A stretch of 62,975 nt of DNA from Pseudonocardiaceae bacterium (lineage in GTDB: Bacteria; Actinomycetota; Actinomycetes; Mycobacteriales; Pseudonocardiaceae). How positions within the stretch are numbered: the stretch's first letter is position 1; every line of letters begins with the position of its first letter. Location of the stretch: NCBI GenBank assembly GCA_036279835.1, contig DASUII010000297.1, positions 1-62,975 of the forward strand. Direction: 5' to 3'. A model generated the notes under the pieces. That model had not been told where the DNA came from and searched no databases. It saw only the letters and a list, made by a program, of their open reading frames with translations. This document shows, in pieces, positions 1-9,395 of this stretch. Made by a program: the position numbers and the translations under genes.

Positions 1-100
1 CAAGCCACACTCGAGCAGGTCCGCGGCAGCGATCACCTCGGTGGTCGATGGACTGCACGGGTAACGAATCCCTCGGCGTGCCCAGGATGACCTTACCTGC

Positions 101-1627
101 TCACCGTGGTGGTGGCGACGACGTCCGGTGGGTACCGATGATTTTCCAGATCTTGCCGTTTGCCTTAGATAGCAGGTAGAGCTCGCCATGGCTATCGGTG
201 CCGAACCGCAAATCAACTCGCGAGCTCCCCGCAAGCTGCTGCATGGTGACCGGCTGCGCTCCGTCGGTCAAGAGCGCGAGCTCATAAATTGTGGCTAGTT
301 TACCGCCCGAGTGCATCTGTCGGGTGTCGGCGTAGAACACTCGTCCCGGCACGAAGTCGGAGAACAGATACTTGCCGCGCAGCTCGGGGACGCCGCTACC
401 TTGGTAGACGAAACCGCCGACCACCGCGTGCCCACTGGTCTGGCACGGCGGCTGACCCGGCGGTGGGTTATGAGCGAAAGCCACTACAGGGTAGGTGTAG
501 GCGTATTTGCTGTCATCAGCAGGCGGAGTAAAAACGCCACAAGAGGGGTCGCCGGCCTTGAACATAAACGGGCCTTCCCGCTGGCTCCAGCCGAAATTAT
601 CTCCGGAGTGCACCTCATAGATCGATTCGATCTGCTGCTCGCCGATGTTGGCCAGGAACATCCGGTGGTCGTTGCCAGAGTCCCAACTGAAGCGGACGGG
701 ATCACGCAGACCGGAGGCGTAGATTTCCCGGAGGGCGACGCCCGGCTTGCCTACAAAGGGATTGTCCGGCGGAATTCCGTAGTTTCCGTTGGTACCGTTA
801 GCGCCCCGCGGATCGATTCGCAGGATTTTTCCTTGCGGAACTCTCAGATCTTGGGGCACCGTGGTCACCATACCCGGGCTCTCTTCACCGACCACGCCAC
901 CGTCACCGACGGCGATATACAGCAATCCGTAATCCTTGCCGCCGGGCTGTGCGGTCGGGTTGAAACCGATTTGCTGGAGTCCGTGTATGGTATCGGCGAA
1001 TCCGAGCCGGAGCACTTCCCTTCGCGTTCCCTTGAATGTACTCGCGGCTGGATCAGCTGCCTTCCACTCGGTCACCACAGCTTGAGCAGGCATCTCCTGC
1101 GGATAGGGCAGGTCGGGTATCTTGGTTTGCGGAACCTTCGGATTAAGCGCAGGGCCAGCCTCGGTGTGAGCGGTGTAAAACTTACCAGTTTTACTGAACT
1201 CCGGGTCGAAAGCTGCGAAGACTAACCCGTTTGAGAGACTCTTGGTATTTAAGAAGTTCGGGGCGAACTCCGCACCGACGTCAAGGTAGATTTGTGGCTT
1301 ACCATCTTTAATGACATACATCTTGCCGTTGAGGTCGGGTACGAATAGGCGCCCCGAACCGTCCGGGATCTCACCCAAATAATTGATTCGGGCCCAACGG
1401 TCAAGGTTGTCACCGGGCGGTGGCAACGGGTCCGGCTTCGACGGCGGTATCGTCGCGAACTCCTGAAGAGTCAACCCCAAGCCGGAAGCAATCGGGTCCG
1501 CAAGCGGATGAGCGAGCGGCCCGACCGCCTGGGGCGCGACGCCTTGTGGTGTCGAGCACGCTGTCGCCGCAAGAACGGTAGCAAATGCTGTGACAACAGT
1601 GAAACAGCGGCCTAGATATCGGGGCAT
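101..1627 (-). CDS. Secreted or lipoprotein PQQ-dependent sugar (glucose/sorbosone) dehydrogenase-like beta-propeller protein
   Basis: 508-aa ORF. The N-terminal hydrophobic signal ends in LAATAC (lipobox-like Cys). The body (DGSGRLFVPD, GDNFGWSQREGP) resembles the soluble aldose/sorbosone dehydrogenase family as I recall it. Confidence 0.7.
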   Translation of the reverse strand: MPRYLGRCFTVVTAFATVLAATACSTPQGVAPQAVGPLAHPLADPIASGLGLTLQEFATIPPSKPDPLPPPGDNLDRWARINYLGEIPDGSGRLFVPDLNGKMYVIKDGKPQIYLDVGAEFAPNFLNTKSLSNGLVFAAFDPEFSKTGKFYTAHTEAGPALNPKVPQTKIPDLPYPQEMPAQAVVTEWKAADPAASTFKGTRREVLRLGFADTIHGLQQIGFNPTAQPGGKDYGLLYIAVGDGGVVGEESPGMVTTVPQDLRVPQGKILRIDPRGANGTNGNYGIPPDNPFVGKPGVALREIYASGLRDPVRFSWDSGNDHRMFLANIGEQQIESIYEVHSGDNFGWSQREGPFMFKAGDPSCGVFTPPADDSKYAYTYPVVAFAHNPPPGQPPCQTSGHAVVGGFVYQGSGVPELRGKYLFSDFVPGRVFYADTRQMHSGGKLATIYELALLTDGAQPVTMQQLAGSSRVDLRFGTDSHGELYLLSKANGKIWKIIGTHRTSSPPPR

Positions 1628-2143
1628 GAGCGCATCATATCATGGTAAACCAATACCTGATGTATCGGATACGGGGCGTGTCGTGATGATGCAAACTAGG
1701 CAATTCTTCGTTTCTCGATAGGACGGTACATCGACCCGACGTGCGCTCGCGGATGCGCGGGAGTCCGACCAAGGCATCGGCGACGTCGGAGTCGGTAAGC
1801 GCCACCGCCGCGGACCTCAGGACACCATGTCCAGAAAGAAGCGCACACAATGAGCGAGACGATTTTCGCCACCCCGCTACGGCGTCCAGAGATCGGCGGA
1901 TAGCACCCGGCGTTGCTGTGTGTTGCGTCGACCTCGTTCCAGCCAGGGTGAGCAGCGCTCGCTGGACGTGCCCTGCGGCGGTGGATGTATCACCAGCGGG
2001 CGGCGGGCGCTCCTTTCCTATGAGTCTTGTCCGCTTGAGGTGGATAGGAGGATGACCGAGGAGGTCGTTGTGACAGTCGAGTGCTGGCGGGATTCGGGCG
2101 GAGAACGTGCTGACCATCAGCTGCGTCCTGGGCCTCGGGATGC

Positions 2144-2856
2144 TTGCCCGGCTGCAGGATCGCCTCACGTGCCCGGCTGGTCAATGCCACAGACTCCGAG
2201 CGACGCCACATCGAGCGCGACCTGCACGACGGCGCCCAACAGCACCTGGTTGCCCTGGCGATCAACCTCCGGCTAGCACAGCGCATCGCTGATAACAACC
2301 CCGCTCAGTGCGGAGCGTTAATGGTCGAGCTCGCCGCGCAGCTCCAAGCCGGGATCGAGGAGATCCGGCGACTCGCACACGGCATCTATCCCCCGCTACT
2401 GGCCTCGGGTGGTCTGGCTCAAGCGATCCCGGCGGCGGCAGCCAAGGCCTCAGTCACCACCAAAGCCACCATCAACCGCATTGGCAGGTACTCGCCCGAG
2501 ATCGAGACAGCGGTGTACTTCTGCTGCCTAGAAGCTCTGCAAACACCACCAAACACGCCGGTTGTGCCGCGACACCCACAATCAGCGCCATCCACGACGG
2601 CGCCGACCTGACCGTCACAATCTCCGACAACGGCTGCGGATTCAACCCAGCCACCACGACACACGGGATAGGACTGACCAACATGGCCGACCGAGTCGCC
2701 GTCGTCGGCGGCAACCTTCACATTGACTCGCGCCCTCACGAGGGTACCCGTGTCACCCTCGCCATTCCCATCCCCATTCCCGGATTGTGTTCCCTACCAT
2801 CGACGACCGCACCGCCCTCCGCCATCCGAAGGCAGGGCCTGACGATTCCAACGTAA
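2144..2856 (+). pseudogene. NarL-type sensor histidine kinase remnant (HisKA_3 + HATPase only, frameshifted, no sensor or TM region)
   Basis: ERRHIERDLHDGAQQHLVAL (H-box) through YFCCLEALQ lies in the frame of ORF 2144-2611. The expected continuation NTTKHAG...DNGCGF...GIGLTNMADRV...GTRVTLAIP lies in the frame of ORF 2308-2856. The switch sits at an A-run near 2545-2550. No N-terminal sensor domain and no adjacent response regulator are present. Confidence 0.75.
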
Positions 2857-3185
2857 CGTAGGTGCCGGCACCTCCTTGCGTTCACTGGCCTGCACCCTGT
2901 CCGCACGGAGTTCGGGTCGCAAGACTCATCGAGTGCAGGATGACTATCCCAACTACTCAAGGGCCCGGGGAATACGCACGGAGTGACGCACGGTGAGTGC
3001 GCCCACAATGACGACCTCACGCCCTGCATGGGCGCCAGTCCGGGAGGGCTCGCCCGCCAGCAGCTTCATCGGCACGCGCCGGGCCGATGCCGCACTCGAC
3101 GGAACCGGCGCCCATCTAGAACGCAACCTCGTGGACGAATCACGTGAAGTAAACCAAGTCCCGCATGACTGATAGGAGAGAGACC

Positions 3186-3422
3186 ATGGCCATCAATGTG
3201 ATTGACGCAGTGTGGGGATCCAAAGAGGGATCGATAGATGTTACCCCCATCGTGACTACCCTCACGAGCCCTCCCCTCAATATCTTCACTATCGCAGCCA
3301 ACAGCGCGACTCTCGGCGATCCCTCCCCAGGGATCCACAAACACCTCACCGTGAGGTATATGAATGTCGTCGGGGGCGTCATCCACACTGCCGCGTGCGA
3401 AGAGGTCAAGTCGCAACGTTGA
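3186..3422 (+). CDS. Small single-domain protein, DUF3395-like beta domain (I.A.WG..DVT...GDP.PG..K.L.V.Y pattern)
   Basis: An ATG at 3186 is preceded by GGAGAGAG. The 78-aa product MAINVIDAVWGSKEGSIDVTP...LGDPSPGIHKHLTVRY is a paralogue of the next ORF. GC is lower than in the surroundings. Confidence 0.55.
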   Translation: MAINVIDAVWGSKEGSIDVTPIVTTLTSPPLNIFTIAANSATLGDPSPGIHKHLTVRYMNVVGGVIHTAACEEVKSQR

Positions 3423-3451
3423 GCCAGTTGACGACTATATCGAGCATCAGC

Positions 3452-3676
3452 GTGATAGGAGCAGTCTATGGCGCCGAGCAGGGATCGGAAGACGTCACTA
3501 CGACTGTACAAGAACTCGTAGATAGCGGCGTTACCAAAATCACGGCAGATGACAACACCTTCGGAGATCCCGCTCCAGGGCACCTCAAGAACTTCGGCAT
3601 GCTTTATCTGCTACTGGGAGTACCCGGCGTCAAGGCCCTTTCTTGCCAGGAGGGGGAAACTGTCGAGATCACTTAG
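3452..3676 (+). CDS. Second small DUF3395-like domain protein (tandem paralogue); start uncertain
   Basis: An in-frame GTG at 3452 (alternative TTG at 3428) gives VIGAVYGAEQGSEDVTT...FGDPAPGHLKNFGMLY. This aligns along its whole length with the 3186-3422 product. It is in a different frame from the upstream gene. Confidence 0.5.
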   Translation: MIGAVYGAEQGSEDVTTTVQELVDSGVTKITADDNTFGDPAPGHLKNFGMLYLLLGVPGVKALSCQEGETVEIT

Positions 3677-3706
3677 GTCAGGCCGCTGAGTCTGCAGCCC
3701 TGAGCC

Positions 3707-5566
3707 TCAGGGGATGCGGCGTACCGCGCCCCTGTCGGCGCTGGTAGTCAGCGCCGCGTAAGCGCGCAGGGCCTTCGTCACCGGCCGGTCGCGGTTCCGC
3801 GGCTGCCATGGGCGTTCGTTGGCCTCCATCTTGGCGCGGCGCTCGGCCAGCACCTCGTCGGCGACCCGGAGCTCCAGCGTGCGGCTCGCGACGTCGAGGA
3901 CGACGGTGTCACCGTCCTCGATGAGTCCGATCACCCCGCCCGCGGCGGCCTCAGGGGAAATGTGCCCGACCGAGATGCCGCTCGACCCGCCGGAGAACCT
4001 GCCATCGGTGATCAGCGCGCAGACCTTGCCCAGCCCGGCGCCCTTGAGGAACGCGGTGGGGTGCAGCATCTCCTGCATCCCCGGTCCGCCGGCCGGCCCC
4101 TCGTAGCGGACGACGATGACGTCGCCGGGCTTGACCTTCTTGGTCAGGACGACGGAGACGGCCTCCTCCTGGCTCTCGACGACCAGTGCCGGGCCGGAGA
4201 AGTGCCACAGCTCCTCGGGGATGCCCGCGGTCTTGATCACCGCGCCGTCGGGAGCGATGTTGCCGCGCAATACCGCGAGCCCGCCGTCCTTGGTATACGC
4301 GTGCTCGACGTCGCGGATGCAGCCGCCTGCGACGTCAGTGTCGAGAGCTGACCAGCGGTTATGCGTGGAGAACGCCTCCGTGGTGCGCACCCCGCCGGGC
4401 GCGGCGTGGTACAGCTCAACGGCGATGTCCGACGGGCGTTCGGCGCGGACGTCCCACTCCGCGAGCCACGCCTGTAGCGACGGGGAATGTACGGTGTGCA
4501 CGCCGGTGTTCAGCAGCCCGGCGCGCCACAGCTCGCCGAGGATCGCGGGGATGCCACCGGCCCGGTGTACGTCCTCCATATGGTAGTCGGAGTTCGGTGC
4601 GACCTTCGCCAGGCACGGCACCCGGCGGGAGATCGCGTCGATCGCGGCCAGGTCGAAGTCGATCTCGCCCTCCTGCGCAGCGGCGAGGATGTGCAGCACG
4701 GTGTTGGTGGAGCCGCCCATCGTGACGTCGAGCGCCATAGCGTTCTCGAACGCCTCCCGGGTGGCGATCGAGCGCGGCAACACCGAGTCGTCACCCTCGC
4801 CGTAGAAGCGCGTGGCCAGCTCCATCACCGTGCGCCCGGCCTGCAGGAACAGCTCCCGGCGAGCCGCGTGCGTGGCCAGCGTCGAGCCGTTGCCGGGCAG
4901 CGCCAGCCCGAGCGCCTCGGTGAGGCAGTTCATTGAGTTGGCGGTGAACATGCCCGAACACGACCCGCAGGTCGGGCATGCCGCGCGCTCGACGACCTCG
5001 AGCGCATCGTCGTCGACCGCCGAGGACGCCGACGCCGCGATCGTGGTGATCAGGTCGCTGGACGGGTGCACGGTGTCGCCGACGACGACGGACTTGCCGG
5101 CCTCCATCGGGCCGCCGGAGACGAAGACGGTCGGGATGTTGAGCCGCATCGCGGCGTTGAGCATCCCCGGGGTGATCTTGTCGCAGTTCGAGATGCACAC
5201 CAGCGCGTCGGCGGCGTGGCCGTTGACCATGTACTCGACGGCGTCGGCAATCACCTCGCGTGAGGGCAGCGAGTAGAGCATGCCGCCGTGGCCCATGGCG
5301 ATGCCGTCATCGACGGCGATGGTGTGGAACTCCTTCGGCACGCCGCCGGCCTCACGAATCGTCGACGCCACCAGGTCGCCGAGGTCCTTGAGGTGCACGT
5401 GGCCGGGCACGAACTGGGTGTAAGAGTTAGCGATCGCGACGATCGGCTTGCCGAAGTCGTCGTCGGTCATCCCAGTGGCGCGCCAGAGCGACCGCGCTCC
5501 CGCCGCGTTGCGACCGTGGGTAGTGACGCGAGAACGCAGGTTCGGAAATGGGACCGGCACGGGCAC
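3707..5566 (-). CDS. ilvD: Dihydroxy-acid dehydratase
   Basis: 619 aa. [49 protein letters not shown] is near-identical in pattern to the enterobacterial IlvD N-terminus, and the length is right. Confidence 0.95.
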   Translation of the reverse strand: MPVPVPFPNLRSRVTTHGRNAAGARSLWRATGMTDDDFGKPIVAIANSYTQFVPGHVHLKDLGDLVASTIREAGGVPKEFHTIAVDDGIAMGHGGMLYSLPSREVIADAVEYMVNGHAADALVCISNCDKITPGMLNAAMRLNIPTVFVSGGPMEAGKSVVVGDTVHPSSDLITTIAASASSAVDDDALEVVERAACPTCGSCSGMFTANSMNCLTEALGLALPGNGSTLATHAARRELFLQAGRTVMELATRFYGEGDDSVLPRSIATREAFENAMALDVTMGGSTNTVLHILAAAQEGEIDFDLAAIDAISRRVPCLAKVAPNSDYHMEDVHRAGGIPAILGELWRAGLLNTGVHTVHSPSLQAWLAEWDVRAERPSDIAVELYHAAPGGVRTTEAFSTHNRWSALDTDVAGGCIRDVEHAYTKDGGLAVLRGNIAPDGAVIKTAGIPEELWHFSGPALVVESQEEAVSVVLTKKVKPGDVIVVRYEGPAGGPGMQEMLHPTAFLKGAGLGKVCALITDGRFSGGSSGISVGHISPEAAAGGVIGLIEDGDTVVLDVASRTLELRVADEVLAERRAKMEANERPWQPRNRDRPVTKALRAYAALTTSADRGAVRRIP

Positions 5567-5726
5567 ACTCCAACCGGATCGGTGACGAGCTGGTCTCAGC
5601 CACGGTAGTCGTGGAAGCCGGTGTGTAACCCATCACGCACAGTACGACCGACAATCGGCGGCGAGCTGCCGTTGCCAGGTCACCAGCGCGACCGCCGCTC
5701 GCGAGGCCTTGTCGAGCCGGATGCTG

Positions 5727-6260
5727 CTAGCGCTTGTGCCCCAGGTAGATACTGTCGACCCTAGGATCCCGGTCATGATGAACGGTAAGAAGGTGCTTGA
5801 ATCCGAGGGTATCTAACAGTTGCAGGTGATGCCTGTTAGTAGACCGTGTGCGTAGAAGAATCCATGTAGGCAATGTCTCGGGAAGCCCTAAGAGCTTCTG
5901 GTATAGCAGGCGAGCATGTCCGCGTCCTCGCGCCGCGGGACGAACAGCAATGGTGCTGACGTAGATGCAGATTCCTATTTGCGGCAAGCGGTTGTCGCGG
6001 TGAAAGGTTCGGAAGGAAAGAAACCCTTGCAGTTGGTCGCACTCGATTAACAGTAGGCAATGTTGCATAAGCAATTCATCAAAGTAGCTACTCGATGCGC
6101 TGCCACTGGCACTTGCTAGTACTGCCTGGGTTGTGCTACTTCGAGTAGTTAGCGGTGGAACGAATTCGTCTGACACTTCTTCGACGAGTGACTCAAGGCT
6201 ACGTTGTTCTAACTGTGTCATCTTCCCGGGCATGCGCCACAGGATTTCGATAGTCATCAT
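5727..6260 (-). CDS. GNAT family N-acetyltransferase on a low-GC islet
   Basis: The acetyl-CoA binding motif IAVRPAARGRGHARLLY is present. The start at 6260 is preceded by GGGGAG. GC is about 50 percent by eye against a much higher flanking GC. Confidence 0.7.
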   Translation of the reverse strand: MMTIEILWRMPGKMTQLEQRSLESLVEEVSDEFVPPLTTRSSTTQAVLASASGSASSSYFDELLMQHCLLLIECDQLQGFLSFRTFHRDNRLPQIGICIYVSTIAVRPAARGRGHARLLYQKLLGLPETLPTWILLRTRSTNRHHLQLLDTLGFKHLLTVHHDRDPRVDSIYLGHKR

Positions 6261-6397
6261 CACTCCCCTACTCGGCTTCGATGGGGTGACTCGTGTGCAC
6301 TCGAACCAGGCGACGACGCATCGTCTCATCAGACCGGTCGGATCGCATCGGATCATCCACGGGCCGTGGCTCTCGCTCCTAGGACTAGCCTCAACGC

Positions 6398-6880
6398 ATG
6401 GGCACGATCAAACCGGGTGCAACACCGAACTGGCGCACCCAGGGCGTGCGGGTCATCCCCGGCGCCGCGCTGGACACCGACACTCCGCAGACACCGGGGA
6501 TGACCCGTGCCGCCGCGGTCACCCACGACCGGACGGGCTCGGAGAAGCTGTGGGCCGGAATCGCCACCATCTACCCCGGCGCGAAGACCGGGGCGCACCA
6601 TCACGGGGAGCTGGAAAGCGTGATCTACGTGATCCGCGGCCGGGCCCGGATGCGGTGGGGCGCCAACCTCGAATTCACCGCCGAAGCCGGCCCGGGCGGG
6701 TTCATCTTCGTGCCGCCGTTCGTGCCGCACCAAGAGATCAACGCCCTCAACGACAAGCCGCTGGAATGCGTGGTGACTCGCAGTGGACAGGAACCGATCG
6801 TGGTCAACCTCGACATCGACGGGGTGGCCGAGCCCGAACACGTGCCCTGGGTCGATCCAGCCCACACGGTGGTCCACTGA
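6398..6880 (+). CDS. Cupin domain protein
   Basis: 160 aa with GAHHHGELESVIYVIRG ... FVPPFVPHQE, typical cupin metal-binding motifs 1 and 2. Confidence 0.75.
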   Translation: MGTIKPGATPNWRTQGVRVIPGAALDTDTPQTPGMTRAAAVTHDRTGSEKLWAGIATIYPGAKTGAHHHGELESVIYVIRGRARMRWGANLEFTAEAGPGGFIFVPPFVPHQEINALNDKPLECVVTRSGQEPIVVNLDIDGVAEPEHVPWVDPAHTVVH

Positions 6881-7109
6881 ACACCGTCAGACAAAAGAGC
6901 TATTCCGGCAGAGGCGGCTATCCTCGGCGCCCGAGAGTACAGTTGATGTTGACGCTGACGCGGCGTACCAGAACGCGGATGCTGTGGGTCTGGGCCGCCA
7001 GCGGCGCAGCGGGTGATGTAGTAGCGGGTGGTTTGGCAGTTCCGCAGGCGGACCGTGGTCACCGCATGCTGCGAGGTGGTATGGGCGTTCCGGGTCGTGG
7101 AGTTGCTGG

Positions 7110-8555
7110 ATGACGTCCCGGCGTGGGGCCGACGACGGCGGACGAGACCGCGATCAGCATGTTGTTCTGTCCTCGGCCGATAGCCGGGGGTTTGTTTCGC
7201 TGCGTCAGCCGGCTACTCCCCGACCGGAGCGGTACGCCGTCGGGCGGTCGCTGCGCAAGCGGGTGCCCCGATCAGCGCTGGGTGACTGGAGCGTGCCCGA
7301 AAGCCGCGTCGACCCGGTGCAACAGATCATTACGACCCACCAAGGTCGGCTGGACCGGCTGATCCCGGTCCGGATTGGTCGAATGATCGCCTCCCCCTAC
7401 GCCTTCCTCCGTGGCGCTGCCGCGATCATGGCCGAGGACTTCGCTCACCTGCCATCCACCGGTATTACCCCGGTTATCTGCGGTGATGCGCACCTGGGCA
7501 ACTTCGGCTTCTACGCCTCACCCGAGCGCGATCTCGTCTTTGACCTCAACGACTTCGACGAGGCGCACCCGGGGGCCTGGGAGTGGGATCTGCGCCGGCT
7601 GGTGACCAGCGTGTGGGTCGCCGGTCGGCAGAACAGTTCCCCAGAGCACGCGTGCGAGGAGGCTGCTGCGCGCTGTGTTGCTGCCTACCGCGAGCACATG
7701 GCCTACCTTGCAGAGCAGCCGCTGTTGGCCCGCTCCTATGAGCGGCTCGACCTCGACCGGCTACAGACCACCGCGACCCGCGACACGCTGCGCAAGGAGA
7801 TGAAGCGGGCAGCACGACGGGCGCGCCGACGGACCAGCGACCGCGCCCTGCCGCGTTTCACCCAACAACGCGACGGCATCCGCCACATCGTCGAGGAGCC
7901 CCCGCTCATCACCCGCCTGGACACCGGCCAGGCCGACCGGATCGCCGAGGCACTGGACTCCTACCTGCGGACGCTGCCTCCCCACTGGGCGCGCATTCTA
8001 GCCGGATACAGCATCATCGACATCGCTCACAAGGTCGTCGGGGTGGGCTCGGTGGGTCTGCGTTCCTACATCGCGCTGTGTCAGGGCAGCAGCCCCGACG
8101 ATGTCGTGTTCCTCCAGCTCAAGCAGGCCCGCCGGTCCGTCGTCGCGCGGTTCGTGCATGGCGATTCGGCCTGGCACGCCCACCAGGGCCAGCGGGTGGT
8201 GGAGTACCAGCAGGCGCTGCAGACCGTCAGCGATCCGCTGCTGGGATGGACCAGCGTCGGAGACCACCAGTACTACGTCCGACAATTCCGGGACATGAAG
8301 GGCGCCGTGACCGTCGACGGCATCGACGCCTGCGCGCTGGCCGACTACGCCGGGGTCTGCGGCCTACTGCTGGCCAAGGGCCACGCCCGCACCAGCGGCG
8401 CCTCCATGATCGCCGGCTACCTCGGCAGCAGCGACAAGGTGGACCGGGCCATGTGCCGATTCGCGCTCAGTTACGCCGAGCAAACCGAGCGCGACTACCA
8501 GGCCCTGCTAACCGCCGTCGCCCAAGGTGTCCTCCACACTGAGGCCAGCCAATGA
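7110..8555 (+). CDS. DUF2252 family protein
   Basis: 481 aa. GDAHLGNFGFYASPERDLVFDLNDFDEA and the overall layout match DUF2252 as I recall it. The exact start is uncertain. Confidence 0.75.
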   Translation: MTSRRGADDGGRDRDQHVVLSSADSRGFVSLRQPATPRPERYAVGRSLRKRVPRSALGDWSVPESRVDPVQQIITTHQGRLDRLIPVRIGRMIASPYAFLRGAAAIMAEDFAHLPSTGITPVICGDAHLGNFGFYASPERDLVFDLNDFDEAHPGAWEWDLRRLVTSVWVAGRQNSSPEHACEEAAARCVAAYREHMAYLAEQPLLARSYERLDLDRLQTTATRDTLRKEMKRAARRARRRTSDRALPRFTQQRDGIRHIVEEPPLITRLDTGQADRIAEALDSYLRTLPPHWARILAGYSIIDIAHKVVGVGSVGLRSYIALCQGSSPDDVVFLQLKQARRSVVARFVHGDSAWHAHQGQRVVEYQQALQTVSDPLLGWTSVGDHQYYVRQFRDMKGAVTVDGIDACALADYAGVCGLLLAKGHARTSGASMIAGYLGSSDKVDRAMCRFALSYAEQTERDYQALLTAVAQGVLHTEASQ

Positions 8556-8760
8556 TCAGCTGCCATACCACCCAACCACAGTCCGGATTATGAGACGGTC
8601 AGAGCCGGAAGCACAGGGGCACTACCTGGACAAACAGCAACCACAAAGGCGCGGGCGTGGGCATGAGAGGCAGTATCAGACTACGGTTCATGCCCACCAA
8701 GTCCACAATGGACTCGGTCGACGACTAGTAGAGAGGTCGATCCGGGCTGATCATCCGAAC

Positions 8761-9300
8761 TTACCCGCGCCATCTGATCGGCGCACCCATCGGGGCCAAT
8801 CCAGTGCCGTCGCCAGATCCCTGTGGGTCATGACCTGCCGGACGGCGTTCAGGCGGCGGGATCGGTGCTGCGCAGCTGGATGGCGTTGCGGCGCCGGGTG
8901 ACCGCAAGCTGGCAGCTGGCTCCGGATTCCAGCGCAGCCCCACCGTCAGCTGCGTAGAGTCCACATCGGACGGTGTAATGGTGACGTCGGCGACGAGGGT
9001 GCGGAGCAGTCGCTTGCGATCCTTGTCGCTGGTGGTCTCGGTCGCCCACAACACCGGCAGGTCAGCCACCGTCGCGGCCAGCTACTCGGGGCTGGGCAGC
9101 TCGGGCTGGGTCTGGGATTGGGTGGCCAGGGCGGCATTGGCCGCGGCCAGCTCGGCCAGCGCGGTCTCCCATCGGGTCTCCAGGCTGCGCGGGTGGAAGA
9201 CCTGGCGGGTGCGGCGCCGGCCGAACAGGTTGCCGATGCGACGGCGGCGCGCACCAGTGTGGAGGTGGGCTATCTGCTCGATGAGTGGCTGGTCGGACAC
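8761..9300 (-). pseudogene. C-terminal remnant of a large serine recombinase (frameshifted, catalytic domain missing)
   Basis: Three minus-strand frames carry consecutive pieces: ...RSLETRWETALAELAAANAAL..., then ...DLPVLWATETTSDKDRKRLLRTLVADVTITP..TQLTVGLRW, then ..GASCQLAVTRRRN. This is the typical tail of actinobacterial large serine recombinases. There is no room for the N-terminal domain before the next gene. Confidence 0.6.
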
Positions 9301-9395
9301 CAGGTTGCGGAGACCACCCAGACGAGCTGCCGTTAGTGGCGATCGGGAAGTTCATCAAGCCTGCGGTCCGTGATACCTCGCTGACGAGGCTCCCC

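Noticed and set aside
3698-3713. Palindrome CCCTGAGCCTCAGGG between the convergent mini-gene and ilvD, considered as a bidirectional terminator
   Set aside because: The stem would leave a 1-nt loop (effectively 5 bp), there is no U-tract, and it overlaps the ilvD stop codon. This is too weak to call.
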